NCBI GenBank assembly: GCA_040880145.1
Contig: JBBDIZ010000024.1
Location: 24,009-88,008 of the forward strand
DNA from: Simkaniaceae bacterium
GTDB taxonomy: Bacteria; Chlamydiota; Chlamydiia; Chlamydiales; JAJFMI01
Length of the DNA: 64,000 bases
Direction of reading: 5' to 3'
The notes beneath the pieces were generated by a model, which saw only the letters and a program-made list of their open reading frames with translations, searched no databases and had not been told where the DNA came from. Below are positions 37,139-47,571 of the stretch, piece by piece. Each line of letters begins with the position of its first letter. Position 1 is the stretch's first letter. A program made the translations under genes and the position numbers.

Positions 37139-38238
37139 CCCGATATTTGACGTTTCTTCCTCTTCTGACCGCGCTTCTTTTTTGTATTGGGCTGATGATG
37201 GTTTTTAATACGACAAGTGCGGAAATTATCGACCAGGAACTATCGACAAACCCTTATAGTGCATTAATCAAGCAATTGAGTTTTGCGCTTTTTGGTTTTT
37301 TGCTCTGTTTTCTCATTTGGAGAAGTCAAGTCGATCATTTATTTGAGAGCTCGAATACTCTTTTTTGGGGAGGAGTCGTTTTACTTCTTTTAGTCTATTT
37401 TCCAGGTATTGGTCATAAGATTAATGGGGCTAATCGTTGGGTTGGGCTAAAACCTTTTGTCTTTCAGCCCTCAGAGTTTATGAAGGTGATCCTGCCGCTT
37501 TATACCCTCCATTTCCTCTCTCACTCAGGCAGGATCGACTTCAATCTCTTTTTAAGACTTGTCGCGAGATTGTCAGTTCCGCTGCTGCTCATTCTTTTAG
37601 AGCCGGATAATGGGACAACGGCTATGCTGATTTTAGCTATTTGTGCTCTTTTTTTTCTGACAAAAATACCTGTTCGTTATTGGGCCCTTCCTCTTTTTTC
37701 TGTAGCTTTAATAGGAGGTGCCATTGGGGCTCAAATGACCCACGTGACGGACAGAATTCGTGTTTATTTAAATCCGGAGCTGGATCTGCTTGGAAGAGGG
37801 CATCAACCCTATCAAGCTAAAATCGCCGCAGGATCAGGACAGCTTTTTGGACGAGGTCTCGGAGAGAGTCTTCAAAAATTGAATTACTTACCAGAAGCAA
37901 GAAGTGACTATATCGCGGCCATTTATGCTGAGGAATTTGGTTTTTTGGGTATGCTTTTTTTGATCGTGATTTTTATGATGATTAGTTTTCTCGGATTTAC
38001 TATCGGCTCCTTTGCAAAGGATGAAAATGCTTCCTGCTTAGCTCATATTTTAACCTTTACGATCGCGATACAAGGATTTGTTAATTTAGGCGTTGTTTCA
38101 GGGCTTTTACCGAGTAAGGGGACTAACCTGCCTTTTTTTAGCCAGGGAGGTTCTTCGCTAGTTGCAAACATGATTGCTTTAACTATAATCATTAAAATAG
38201 GAAAAGAAGCGTGGATCAAAAAAAGAAAGTTATCCTAG
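37135..38238 (+). CDS. ftsW: SEDS family cell division protein FtsW
   Basis: GANRW, QPSEFMK, LPEARSDYI, LPFFSQGGSS. Confidence 0.93.
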   Translation: MTRYLTFLPLLTALLFCIGLMMVFNTTSAEIIDQELSTNPYSALIKQLSFALFGFLLCFLIWRSQVDHLFESSNTLFWGGVVLLLLVYFPGIGHKINGANRWVGLKPFVFQPSEFMKVILPLYTLHFLSHSGRIDFNLFLRLVARLSVPLLLILLEPDNGTTAMLILAICALFFLTKIPVRYWALPLFSVALIGGAIGAQMTHVTDRIRVYLNPELDLLGRGHQPYQAKIAAGSGQLFGRGLGESLQKLNYLPEARSDYIAAIYAEEFGFLGMLFLIVIFMMISFLGFTIGSFAKDENASCLAHILTFTIAIQGFVNLGVVSGLLPSKGTNLPFFSQGGSSLVANMIALTIIIKIGKEAWIKKRKLS

Positions 38239-39257
38239 CTTGCGGGGGGTCAGGAGGCCACCTCTATCCGGCCCAGGAGCTCGCGTTGCAATTGATTCGA
38301 GAGGGAATTGAGGTATCCTTTATAGGAGTTGATCTCGATAAATCGTCTTTCTTATCCAATGAATTTCGACGCTGCTCTTTGCCTGGAGCACCTCTTAAAA
38401 ATCCTATACGCTCGACTTTTCTTCATGCAAAAGGGCTATTAAAGAGCCTTTCCTTTATGCGAAGACAGGCTCCTCATCTTATTATCGGTTTTGGGAGTTA
38501 TCACTCTTTTACACCGCTACTTGCAGCGCGTCTTTTAAAAACACCTTACCTTATTTTTGAAGCCAATAGCGTTCTTGGAAGAGTGAATCGGCTTTTTGTG
38601 AAAAAAGCGCAAAAATCCCTCTCGTTTTTCCCACATTCTGAAATGGTTCGGGTGAAGATGCCGATTCGCTGCAAACGAGCAACGAAAGATGAAGCGCTAA
38701 AGCACTATGGTCTTGAGAAGGAAAAATGCACGCTTTTGATTTGCGGGGGATCGCAAGGAGCTTTATCGTTAAATCAGCTTTTTATGAAAGCACTTAAAGA
38801 AATCCCTTCCTCGCTTCGACATTTTCAGATTATTCACATCACAGGCCTTGGAAAAAAAGAGGGAGAAGCGAAGCGTCTTTACAGCGCTTTTGGCATCAAA
38901 AACGTTGTGATTCCGTTTGAATTAGAAATGCACTATGCTTACGCAGCATCAGATTTGGTATTAGCGCGTGCAGGCGCCGGAACGATTGCTGATCTTGTGG
39001 CTTATGAAAGGCCGGCCCTACTCATTCCATATCCCTTTGAAACCGATGGCCACCAGACAAAAAATGCCGCCTTTATGAAGCTAGCCGTTGGAGGAGCTGA
39101 ATTCTTATCAGAAAAAGACCTAACCCCTGAAAAGCTAGCTGAAAACCTATTAAATATTATGAGAAAAAAAGAGCCTATGAAAAAAGCGATTAGCTTTTTT
39201 AAAGCAAATGATCATCGCAAAGAACTTTCTGAATATCTCCTCAAGGAATACTTTTGA
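38211..39257 (+). CDS. murG: Lipid II GlcNAc transferase
   Basis: GGSGGHLYP, GGSQGA, RAGAGT, HQTKNA. Confidence 0.95.
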   Translation: MDQKKKVILACGGSGGHLYPAQELALQLIREGIEVSFIGVDLDKSSFLSNEFRRCSLPGAPLKNPIRSTFLHAKGLLKSLSFMRRQAPHLIIGFGSYHSFTPLLAARLLKTPYLIFEANSVLGRVNRLFVKKAQKSLSFFPHSEMVRVKMPIRCKRATKDEALKHYGLEKEKCTLLICGGSQGALSLNQLFMKALKEIPSSLRHFQIIHITGLGKKEGEAKRLYSAFGIKNVVIPFELEMHYAYAASDLVLARAGAGTIADLVAYERPALLIPYPFETDGHQTKNAAFMKLAVGGAEFLSEKDLTPEKLAENLLNIMRKKEPMKKAISFFKANDHRKELSEYLLKEYF

Positions 39258-40564
39258 AGCATTTTATCGGAATCGGCGGTATTGGAATGAGCGCACTCGC
39301 TTTTTATCTTTTACAGAAGAAAGAGAGCGTTTCCGGAAGCGATTTAAAAGAGAGTGATTTGATAACGCTGATGAGGAAAAAAGGAGCCAAAATCAATCTT
39401 CCCCATAATGACGAGGTGATCCGGCAAGGAATGAGCGTCATTTATAGCTCCTCGATCTCTCTGAACAATTGCGAGTTTTTAAAAGCGAAAGAATTAGGAT
39501 GCCCCCTTCTTCATCGATCGAGTTTTTTGACACAATTAACAGAGGGCAAAAAAACACTCTACGTAACGGGAGCTCATGGGAAAACGAGTACTTCAGCACT
39601 TTTAAGCCATCTCCTTTATCAAGCCGGAAAAGAGCCCTCTTTTATCTTAGGCGGAATTCCTCACTTTACTCGGAATCATGGGTATGCCGGAGAAGGGGAG
39701 TATTTTGTTCTAGAGGCGGACGAAAGTGACGGATCTTTTTTAAAGGGAACCCCTTTTGCCTCAATTGTAACCAATATTGAAGCAGAGCACCTCGATTACT
39801 GGAAAAGCTTTAGCGCTTTAAAAGAAGCCTACTATCAATTTTGTGAGAAGAGCACGCATCTATTTTATAATGGAGACGATCCTTTATTAAAGCGTTGGAA
39901 ATTAAGGGGGACCCCCTATTTCGATCACGAAATTATCAAGGGTCAACAAGAAGGAAATCAGTTGCGCTTCCAGTTTCGGATTGCCGGAAAAATTTCACCT
40001 GAATTCTCCTTGAATTGGGTCGGATGCCATCAAGTGAAAAATGCTTTGGCAGTCTATAAACTCGCTCTATTTTTAGGAATCGAAGAGGAGGAGATTGCAG
40101 AAGGATTTTCAACTTTTAAAGGGGTCAAAAGACGCGCTGATTATTTAGGATCTATTCAAGGTGTCGATTATTTTGACGACTACGCCCACCATCCTTCAGA
40201 GTGCCGAAGTATTTTAGAATCCTTTCGAAAAGCCTTTCCAGGCAGACGTATTTTGGCGCTTTTTGAACCCCACAAATATAGCCGTTTTCAATACTGTACC
40301 CCCGGATTTTTAAACGCTTTTAATGCCTGTGATGAGCTGATTATTACAAATATCTATCCATCCGGAGAAAAACCGATTCCAGGGGTTTCTGTTGAGGGAT
40401 TTCAAGAAAAGCTTAATCGGTCATCGCACTATGTGCCTTATGAAAGGCTCTCTGATTGTCTTGAAAAAATGACAAGAGAAAATGATCTTGTGATTACACT
40501 CGGCGCCGGATTGATTACGCAAATTGGGAGACGACTCTTTGAAGAAAAAAATCGCCCTTCCTAA
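39254..40564 (+). CDS. murC: UDP-MurNAc--L-Ala ligase (not fused to Ddl)
   Basis: HFIGIGGIGMS, GAHGKTST, EADESDGSF, DDYAHHP. Confidence 0.95.
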   Translation: MKHFIGIGGIGMSALAFYLLQKKESVSGSDLKESDLITLMRKKGAKINLPHNDEVIRQGMSVIYSSSISLNNCEFLKAKELGCPLLHRSSFLTQLTEGKKTLYVTGAHGKTSTSALLSHLLYQAGKEPSFILGGIPHFTRNHGYAGEGEYFVLEADESDGSFLKGTPFASIVTNIEAEHLDYWKSFSALKEAYYQFCEKSTHLFYNGDDPLLKRWKLRGTPYFDHEIIKGQQEGNQLRFQFRIAGKISPEFSLNWVGCHQVKNALAVYKLALFLGIEEEEIAEGFSTFKGVKRRADYLGSIQGVDYFDDYAHHPSECRSILESFRKAFPGRRILALFEPHKYSRFQYCTPGFLNAFNACDELIITNIYPSGEKPIPGVSVEGFQEKLNRSSHYVPYERLSDCLEKMTRENDLVITLGAGLITQIGRRLFEEKNRPS

Positions 40565-41369
40565 CGCGATCGGGATCCTCCTTCTCTCCACTTTTTTGAT
40601 TTCAGGGGGAGGGTATGCACTCATTAGGATTATTGAGCGCATTCGTTTTCAAAGGCTTACCGATGAGCGTTATTTTTTAACCCAGTTAATACAAACAGGC
40701 CCCAAAAAGGAGGCTTTAAAGAGTGTTTATCTACAAGAACTTCTCAAGCTTTCAAAAAATAAACCTCTCTCTTTTTTCGAGTATGATAGTGAAAAAGCGG
40801 AAAAAACACTCTTAACCTCTCCTTTGATCGAGGAGGCGAGGGTGAAAAAAATCCCCCCTCATACGCTTTATGTCGATTACTCATTAAGAGAGCCCTTCGC
40901 CATCCTCTACGATTTTGAAAATACGTTTATCGATCAAAATGGAGCCCTTTTTCCGATTCACCCCTTTTTTTCGCCTAAAAAAATTCCTGAAATTTATTTG
41001 GGGCTGGCACCCTTTGATCAAGATTTTTATGACAAAGAGTTATTCTACAAACAGCCTTTAAAAGGCGCTCAATTTGAGCTTGCCTTAGAGGTGATTCAGA
41101 TTCTTTCCGAGTCGCAAAAAGAGTATGATTTTTTTTTAAAACGGGTCGATCTTTCACTGATACAGGAGCCGAGTGTCGGAAGACAGGAATTGATTATACT
41201 TATTGAAAATCGCGATAGCTCTCTTCATTACTTGAGGCTTCCTGTTGAAAAGTGGGAAGAGCAATTAAACAATTACCTTATTTTACGAGAAAAACTCGCT
41301 ATTGATGGACAGAATCGAACGATTGACTTACGTTTACACTCTCTTGGGTACATCGAGGAAGTGTCGTAA
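40524..41369 (+). CDS. ftsQ: Chlamydial FtsQ/DivIB-like protein
   Basis: Single N-terminal TM, POTRA-like SPLIEEARVKKIPPHTLYVDY, C-terminal IDLR; lies at the end of the mur cluster. Confidence 0.65.
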   Translation: MGDDSLKKKIALPNAIGILLLSTFLISGGGYALIRIIERIRFQRLTDERYFLTQLIQTGPKKEALKSVYLQELLKLSKNKPLSFFEYDSEKAEKTLLTSPLIEEARVKKIPPHTLYVDYSLREPFAILYDFENTFIDQNGALFPIHPFFSPKKIPEIYLGLAPFDQDFYDKELFYKQPLKGAQFELALEVIQILSESQKEYDFFLKRVDLSLIQEPSVGRQELIILIENRDSSLHYLRLPVEKWEEQLNNYLILREKLAIDGQNRTIDLRLHSLGYIEEVS

Positions 41370-41486
41370 GTGATTGCATCTTCTTGTCTTTTTCTTTCGA
41401 AAAGGTTATGATATTTTTGATCGCGGCTTTTACAACTTGTTTTATTCACAAGTTTTTTTGATTATTAACTCTGAACTGGTTAACTT

Positions 41487-41717
41487 ATGAAAGATTTTAT
41501 CGCCTATATTGTAAAAAATATTGTTTCAAACCCTGATGCTGTTGAAGTCACCGAGTCTTCTGGAGAACAGACGATCATTATCGACATCAAAGTCGCTCAA
41601 GAAGATATTGCTAAAGTCATTGGCAAGCAAGGGCGTACGATTAAGTCCTTACGCATTATTGCAGCTTCTGTTGCAGCACGACTAAAGCGCCATATCCGTA
41701 TTGAAGTAATCCAATAA
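41487..41717 (+). CDS. KH-domain RNA-binding protein (KhpA family)
   Basis: DIAKVIGKQGRTIKSLR. Confidence 0.88.
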   Translation: MKDFIAYIVKNIVSNPDAVEVTESSGEQTIIIDIKVAQEDIAKVIGKQGRTIKSLRIIAASVAARLKRHIRIEVIQ

Positions 41718-41736
41718 ACCCCTTTGGGAGGTGTAT

Positions 41737-42075
41737 ATGAGCATCAAAATGCGACAAGAAGCCATTTCGGGTTTTCCTTTATTGATCATTGAAGGCCGAA
41801 TTGATGCGAATGCTGTCGTCGTTATGGAGTCTAAACTCAGTGAATTTCTCTCTAAAGGAGAGAAAAAGATTTTAATTGATCTTGGACAGGTCGCTTATCT
41901 CAGCAGTACCGGCATGCGCCTGCTTCTATCCGTAAGCAAACAGCTGAAGGAGCGGGAAGGAGAGTTAATGCTTTATGCTTTAAAAGATGAAGTACATGAA
42001 ATCATTAAAATGGCAGGATTTGAAAAAATCCTCTCAATTTATCCGAGCAAAAAGGCGGTCATTGCAACCCTCTGA
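41737..42075 (+). CDS. rsbV: STAS-domain anti-sigma factor antagonist (RsbV-like)
   Basis: GRIDA...YLSSTGMRLLL; GGAGG RBS. Confidence 0.88.
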   Translation: MSIKMRQEAISGFPLLIIEGRIDANAVVVMESKLSEFLSKGEKKILIDLGQVAYLSSTGMRLLLSVSKQLKEREGELMLYALKDEVHEIIKMAGFEKILSIYPSKKAVIATL

Positions 42076-42091
42076 TTTTGACGCAAGTACA

Positions 42092-43060
42092 ATGCCCTTG
42101 AGAAAGGGCATTTCGCCTTTAATGAAGAAAGAAAAAGTTTTGGTCATCTCGGGCCCGACAGCCTGTGGAAAGAGCGATTTTGCTTTGGAGCTTGCTCGAC
42201 GCCTAGATGGGGAAATTGTTTCAGCTGATTCCGTTCAGGTCTATAAAGGCATGGATATTGGAACGGCAAAAGCTACGCTCGATGAGCGTATAGATGTTCC
42301 CCACCATTTAATCGACGTTGCTGAGCTCTTTGAACCTTTTAATGTGGCTGAGTATTGTCGATTAGCAGAGGAGGCTATTCAAGGAATTCTTTCAAGAAAT
42401 CACGTGCCAATCATTGTAGGGGGAACGGGATTCTATCTCCATAGCCTTTTATATGGCCCTCCAAAAGGCCCTCCTTCAAATATTGAAGTACGTCAAGAAC
42501 TTGAAAGGCACGCTGATTTACACGGCTTAGAGCCTCTTTTTGATCATTTAAAAAAACTTGATCCTCTTTACGCCTCTTCGATTACCTCCAATGATCGCAA
42601 TAAAATTATTAGAGCCTTAGAGATAATCCAGCTTTCAAATAAACGCGTATCGGATTTTAAAGTCGATCAAAGCCTCCCATTGAATATGAAGAGGAACTTT
42701 CTTTGCTATTTTCTCTTCTTTCCAAGAGAAATTCTCTATCCTAGAATCGAGATGCGCTGTGATCTCATGATATCAAGAGGGTTTCTAAATGAGGTCAAGG
42801 CTCTGATGAAGAAGGGATTAAAAGAGAACAGTTCTGCTTCAAATGCAATTGGATATCGCCAGGCAATTGAATACATTGAAGAAGGTGAGAAAAATTTTGA
42901 AGAATTCGTTCGAGCTTTCAAGCAGGCCTCGAGACGTTATGCAAAACGACAGTTTACATGGTTTAATAAAGAACCCTTGTTTAAAAAAATAAATATGAAT
43001 GATTGGGAAATGGAAAGAATTCTTGAAATGATCATTAATGAATTTCAAAATCTTATTTAA
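42092..43060 (+). CDS. miaA: tRNA dimethylallyltransferase
   Basis: GPTACGKS, SADSVQVY, DIGTAK, VGGTGFY, YAKRQFTWF; start uncertain. Confidence 0.95.
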   Translation: MPLRKGISPLMKKEKVLVISGPTACGKSDFALELARRLDGEIVSADSVQVYKGMDIGTAKATLDERIDVPHHLIDVAELFEPFNVAEYCRLAEEAIQGILSRNHVPIIVGGTGFYLHSLLYGPPKGPPSNIEVRQELERHADLHGLEPLFDHLKKLDPLYASSITSNDRNKIIRALEIIQLSNKRVSDFKVDQSLPLNMKRNFLCYFLFFPREILYPRIEMRCDLMISRGFLNEVKALMKKGLKENSSASNAIGYRQAIEYIEEGEKNFEEFVRAFKQASRRYAKRQFTWFNKEPLFKKINMNDWEMERILEMIINEFQNLI

Positions 43061-43141
43061 AATTCTTTGAATCTTTAATCAGTTTTCTCTTCTCTTTAAT
43101 CAGTCACTCAAGTAAGATATTTGTATTATATTATTGGAAAA

Positions 43142-44680
43142 ATGAGCTTTATGGAAGATGAGACCCTCGATATTTTAAAAGAAAAAATTAACGAAAACGA
43201 CAGTATTGAAGAAAAAATTAGACTGGTGATCGAGTTTATGAAATCGACCCTTTCCTTCGGTAAAACCCCTCGATTTAAAGATTTCTGGGATGCAAAAAAA
43301 TTCATACTCACTCTTTTCAAAGAAAAAATGAATCCTCTCTCTCGAAATCAATTTTGGAAGGAATATACCGATTTGACACTTGAGGCTAAGCGGTTAAAAG
43401 AAATTTTGGATGAACAGTCCTCTTTTGCAATCGAACAAATTGAACGAGCCATTGATGTCTTAGATGAGGATCTAAAGCAATTTGAAAAAAATATCGGCAA
43501 AATAAAGGAAATCGACTTTCCTGAAAATGCTTATACGTTGAGGGAGAGTTATTCTGAGTATAGGACGACTCAGAAAGAGTTGGGGTATTTAAATACTTTA
43601 GCCTCTCGATTGAATGCGCTTCGAAAGGAAGTCATCAATACGGATATGCGCATCCGTTTTAAAAACAAAATTTTACTTAAACTTTCTCATATCGGCGACC
43701 AGGTTTTTCCAAAGCGGAAGGAGTTGATCAAAACTCAAAGTGATCGCTTTATGACAGACGTTGAGTCCTTTATTCAACGCTATTTTATATCTGACAACGA
43801 CACTTTAAGCGGTCCTCCTCTTTATGAGCTTCGCGAAGAGATTAAAGCCTTTCAAGAAATGGCTAAAAACTTAACGGTTAACACCCAGGCTTTTCAAGAT
43901 AGTCGAAAAAAATTATCCGGGTGCTGGGATAAGCTAAGAGAGCTCGACAAAGAGCGAAAAAAAGAACACTCTTTGAAAAAAGAAACTTATCAAGAAAACT
44001 TTGAAAAAATCTCATGCAGACTTAAGGCTTTAAAAGAGCAATCTCAGTCGATTACCTTAGCGCAGCTTCAAGATGAAATTCATGTAATTCTATCTGAAAT
44101 GAAGGAAATAGAACTCTCTCGAGAGAGTGTTAAAAATTTGAAAGACCAACTGTTCTCTATTAAGCGCGAGAAAGAAGACGAAGCCCAAATCTCTAGAAAA
44201 AAAATGCAGGAAGAGGAAGAAACTCGTAAGAAAAATAGAGAAATGGAAATCGCCGCAGCACTTGACAACTGGAGAAAAGAACTTTCTGATGATACGGATA
44301 TGGAAAAGAGGGCTCAAGAGTTTGAATTAGCCATACAAGATTTAAATCTTGATGAAGATGAGAGCGTCCCATTTGAATTTTTAAAAGAAGAATTTTCTGA
44401 TAAATTAGCAGAACGCCGTGAATCTATTTTACTTCATGAAGAAGATATTACAGATAACCTTCTGGAGAAACTTGAAGAGGCCCTTCAAAATAGGCTGTCT
44501 GAAAGAGAAGCTGTGAAGAAAAGTTTAGAGAAGCTTCGAAAAGAAGTCGGGGGATCCGGGCTTGATTTTGAAAAGGCTATGGAGTGTCGATCAAGGATTG
44601 ACGAATTTAAGAGCCGGCTTCAAAAACTGACTCAGGCTGTTGACAATTTAAAGAAAAAAATAGACGATATAACAGAATGA
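43142..44680 (+). CDS. Conserved chlamydial coiled-coil protein (CT768-like by position)
   Basis: Long helical ORF between miaA and rsfS; PRFKDFW and GGSGLDFEKAM segments. Confidence 0.7.
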   Translation: MSFMEDETLDILKEKINENDSIEEKIRLVIEFMKSTLSFGKTPRFKDFWDAKKFILTLFKEKMNPLSRNQFWKEYTDLTLEAKRLKEILDEQSSFAIEQIERAIDVLDEDLKQFEKNIGKIKEIDFPENAYTLRESYSEYRTTQKELGYLNTLASRLNALRKEVINTDMRIRFKNKILLKLSHIGDQVFPKRKELIKTQSDRFMTDVESFIQRYFISDNDTLSGPPLYELREEIKAFQEMAKNLTVNTQAFQDSRKKLSGCWDKLRELDKERKKEHSLKKETYQENFEKISCRLKALKEQSQSITLAQLQDEIHVILSEMKEIELSRESVKNLKDQLFSIKREKEDEAQISRKKMQEEEETRKKNREMEIAAALDNWRKELSDDTDMEKRAQEFELAIQDLNLDEDESVPFEFLKEEFSDKLAERRESILLHEEDITDNLLEKLEEALQNRLSEREAVKKSLEKLRKEVGGSGLDFEKAMECRSRIDEFKSRLQKLTQAVDNLKKKIDDITE

Positions 44681-45339
44681 AAACGCCTCAAAAGATAAGT
44701 GTTTTTGATCTAGATCATACTTTGATCAATGGCAATTGCAGTTCTCTTTTTTTTCTATATTTGATTAAACGCAAAATTCTGCCTCGGCGAGTTCTTTGCT
44801 ATTACCCGCTTTATAAACTCAAATTTCATATTTTTGGCTGGTCGCTGCAAAAACTTCATGAAAGAGTTTTTAGAAAGCTTCTCAAAGGACGTTCATTTAT
44901 CGATGTGAAGCAAGCTCTTTGTGATTTTTTGCTTATCAAACTTCCTGATATTTGGAATCATAGCGTCATTGCTTATCTAAAACGTGCGCAGCATCTTGGC
45001 CATTATACGGTTATTCTTTCGAACTCACCCTCTTTTCTAGTAGAGCCCATTGCAAAACTTCTCAATGTTGATGAGTGCCAAGCAACTGAATATATCGTAG
45101 ATGAACTTGGTTTTTTCCAGCGCATTAGTAAGATACTCGATGGGCCTCAAAAGGCCTATTTCATAAAAAAAATTGCGACAAAATTTTCCCTAGGTCGAGG
45201 GGATTTAACTGCTTATTCAGATAGTTATCACGATATTGCAATGCTCGAGGCTGTTGATCATCCAGTTGCTGTAAATCCGGATAGCAAGCTCCTTCATTTT
45301 TCTCAAAAAAAGCAATGGAAAGTTCTGTTTCATGCGTAA
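44677..45339 (+). CDS. HAD-IB family phosphatase
   Basis: FDLDHTL, AYSDSYHDIAML, AVNPD. Confidence 0.88.
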   Translation: MKTPQKISVFDLDHTLINGNCSSLFFLYLIKRKILPRRVLCYYPLYKLKFHIFGWSLQKLHERVFRKLLKGRSFIDVKQALCDFLLIKLPDIWNHSVIAYLKRAQHLGHYTVILSNSPSFLVEPIAKLLNVDECQATEYIVDELGFFQRISKILDGPQKAYFIKKIATKFSLGRGDLTAYSDSYHDIAMLEAVDHPVAVNPDSKLLHFSQKKQWKVLFHA

Positions 45340-45904
45340 AATCGGGTTTTTTGGGGGTTCTTTTGATCCCATTCATTTAGGTCATCTCAATGCCATTGTA
45401 CGCATCAAAGAGCATAAAAAGCTCGATCATGTTTATGTCTGCCCCGTTAACTGCTCACCTTATAAAACAGAAAATCCCCCTATTGCAAGCGGAGAAGATC
45501 GGTTGAATATGATCAATATCGCTCTTCATGGTCTAGAGGGAGTCTCTTCTTTAGATATTGAATTAAAACGGGAGGGACCTTCCTACACGTTTGATTCAAT
45601 CAAGGAATTGATTGGGCGCGAAGGCGCTCACTATTATTTAATCCTTTCTGAAGATACAACTGCGCACTTAGAGGGATGGAAATCTATTGAAGAGCTTCTC
45701 TTGATGGCTACCCCCTTGATTATTCCACGATCTTCCAAAAGCGCAGAATTAAATAAAAAATACATTAATTATTATCATTCTCTTCCCCTAATGGAGATTA
45801 GTAGCACAGAGATTCGCAGTCGACTTAATAAAAGAGTTTATTGTCGCCATCTTTTGATAGATAAAGTCCTGGACTATATATATTCTAAAGATTTATACTT
45901 TTAA
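45332..45904 (+). CDS. nadD: Nicotinate-nucleotide adenylyltransferase
   Basis: GGSFDPIHLGH, SYTFDS, ISSTEIR. Confidence 0.93.
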   Translation: MRKIGFFGGSFDPIHLGHLNAIVRIKEHKKLDHVYVCPVNCSPYKTENPPIASGEDRLNMINIALHGLEGVSSLDIELKREGPSYTFDSIKELIGREGAHYYLILSEDTTAHLEGWKSIEELLLMATPLIIPRSSKSAELNKKYINYYHSLPLMEISSTEIRSRLNKRVYCRHLLIDKVLDYIYSKDLYF

Positions 45905-45938
45905 AACGATACTGTTAGGAATTATTATATTTTTACCT

Positions 45939-46295
45939 ATGAATGATGAATCAAAAAAACATATAAATGATATGGCTCAACTCATCTATGACAAGAAGGG
46001 GAGTAATATCATTGCAATTGATATCAGCTCGATTTCTTCGTTAACAGATGGCGTTATTTTAGCCGAAGGAACTATTGATCGCCATGTCATTGCACTGGCA
46101 AAAAGCATCATCGAGGAAATGAAAAAAAGAGGACAAAGTCCTCATTATGTCGATGGTTTGCAAAACGGTGACTGGATAATTATTGACTATATGGACTTTA
46201 TGATTCATATTTTTATTCCAAGTTTTAGGGAGCTCTATCAATTAGAGATGCTTTGGTCTGCCGGGGATCTAATGGAGCTTGAAATAAAAACGTAA
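45939..46295 (+). CDS. rsfS: Ribosome silencing factor (Iojap)
   Basis: DKKG, WIIIDY, HIF...RELYQLEMLW. Confidence 0.92.
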   Translation: MNDESKKHINDMAQLIYDKKGSNIIAIDISSISSLTDGVILAEGTIDRHVIALAKSIIEEMKKRGQSPHYVDGLQNGDWIIIDYMDFMIHIFIPSFRELYQLEMLWSAGDLMELEIKT

Positions 46296-46308
46296 GTTAG
46301 GATCTAAT

Positions 46309-47571
46309 ATGGCTAAAAAGAAACGCGTCGTCGTTACAGGTCTTGGTCTAGTCTCTTGTTTTGGTCAAGATGTCCGCACTTTTTATGAGGCGCTCCTTCA
46401 AGGGAAAAGCGGTATTGGCCCTATTGAAAGTTTCCCCTGTGAAGATTATCCGACTCGTTTTGCAGGATCTGTTCAGAATTTCAATACCGAAGGGTATCTC
46501 GATAAAAAACAAGCAAGACGGACCGACCCTTGCATCCAGTACACTCTAGTTGCAGGCAAACGTGCTATTGAAGATGCTCAGCTCGATGACGACTCCCTTC
46601 AAAAACTTGATCGAACACGCTGCGGAGTCTTGGTAGGCTCCGGAATGGGGGGGATGAAGACTTTTGGAGATGGAGTCAACACGGTTTATCAAAAGGGTTT
46701 TAACCGCTTAACTCCCTTTTTTATTCCTTACGTGATCACAAATATGGGCAGTGCCCTTCTCGGAATGGAACTTGGGTTTCAAGGACCGAATTATTCGATA
46801 TCAACAGCGTGTGCAACAGCAAATTATGCCATTACTGCAGCAGCGAGGCATATTCAATCGGGTGAAGTTGATTTGATGGTCTGCGGGGGGTCTGAAGCGC
46901 CTTTAACTCCCATGGGAGTTGCAGGTTTTGTGGTCATCAAAGCCTTATCGACACGGAATGATGAATATCAAACGGCTTCGCGCCCTTGGGATAAAACCCG
47001 TGACGGCTTTGTCATGGGCGAAGGCTCGGGTATTTTAGTGCTGGAGAGCCTTGAGCATGCCTTAGAGCGCGGTGCTCCTATCTACGCAGAGTACCTGGGG
47101 GGTGCCTTTTCCTGTGATGCTTACCATATGACAGCTCCCCGGGAAGATGGTCAAGGCGTGAAATTATGCATCGAGCAGGCTCTTAAAGAGGCTGAAATTG
47201 AAAAACACCAGATTAATTACATCAATGCCCATGCAACCTCAACACCTGTTGGAGATCTTTGCGAAGTTCGGGCTGTTCGAGACGTTTTTTTAGAACACTC
47301 AAAGAATATCTCTATGAATTCGACAAAATCCATGACAGGGCATTGTCTAGGAGCTGCAGGCGGAATTGAAGCGATTGCAACTGTTATGGCGATCAAAACT
47401 TCGAAAATCCACCCTACGATAAATATCTTGGAACCTGAAGACGAAATCAAAAATTTTGACTATGTTCCAGACGTGGCTAAAGAAAAAAAGATCACAGCAG
47501 CTCTTTCTAATTCTTTTGGGTTTGGCGGGCATAACTCAAGCTTGATCTTTGGCCCTTACACCGGCTTTTGA
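46309..47571 (+). CDS. fabF: Beta-ketoacyl-ACP synthase II
   Basis: STACAT, INAHATST, GHCLGAAG, SNSFGFGGHN. Confidence 0.96.
   Translation: MAKKKRVVVTGLGLVSCFGQDVRTFYEALLQGKSGIGPIESFPCEDYPTRFAGSVQNFNTEGYLDKKQARRTDPCIQYTLVAGKRAIEDAQLDDDSLQKLDRTRCGVLVGSGMGGMKTFGDGVNTVYQKGFNRLTPFFIPYVITNMGSALLGMELGFQGPNYSISTACATANYAITAAARHIQSGEVDLMVCGGSEAPLTPMGVAGFVVIKALSTRNDEYQTASRPWDKTRDGFVMGEGSGILVLESLEHALERGAPIYAEYLGGAFSCDAYHMTAPREDGQGVKLCIEQALKEAEIEKHQINYINAHATSTPVGDLCEVRAVRDVFLEHSKNISMNSTKSMTGHCLGAAGGIEAIATVMAIKTSKIHPTINILEPEDEIKNFDYVPDVAKEKKITAALSNSFGFGGHNSSLIFGPYTGF

Noticed and set aside
41987..42091. N-terminal extension of MiaA
   Set aside because: It overlaps rsbV in another frame; longest-ORF artefact
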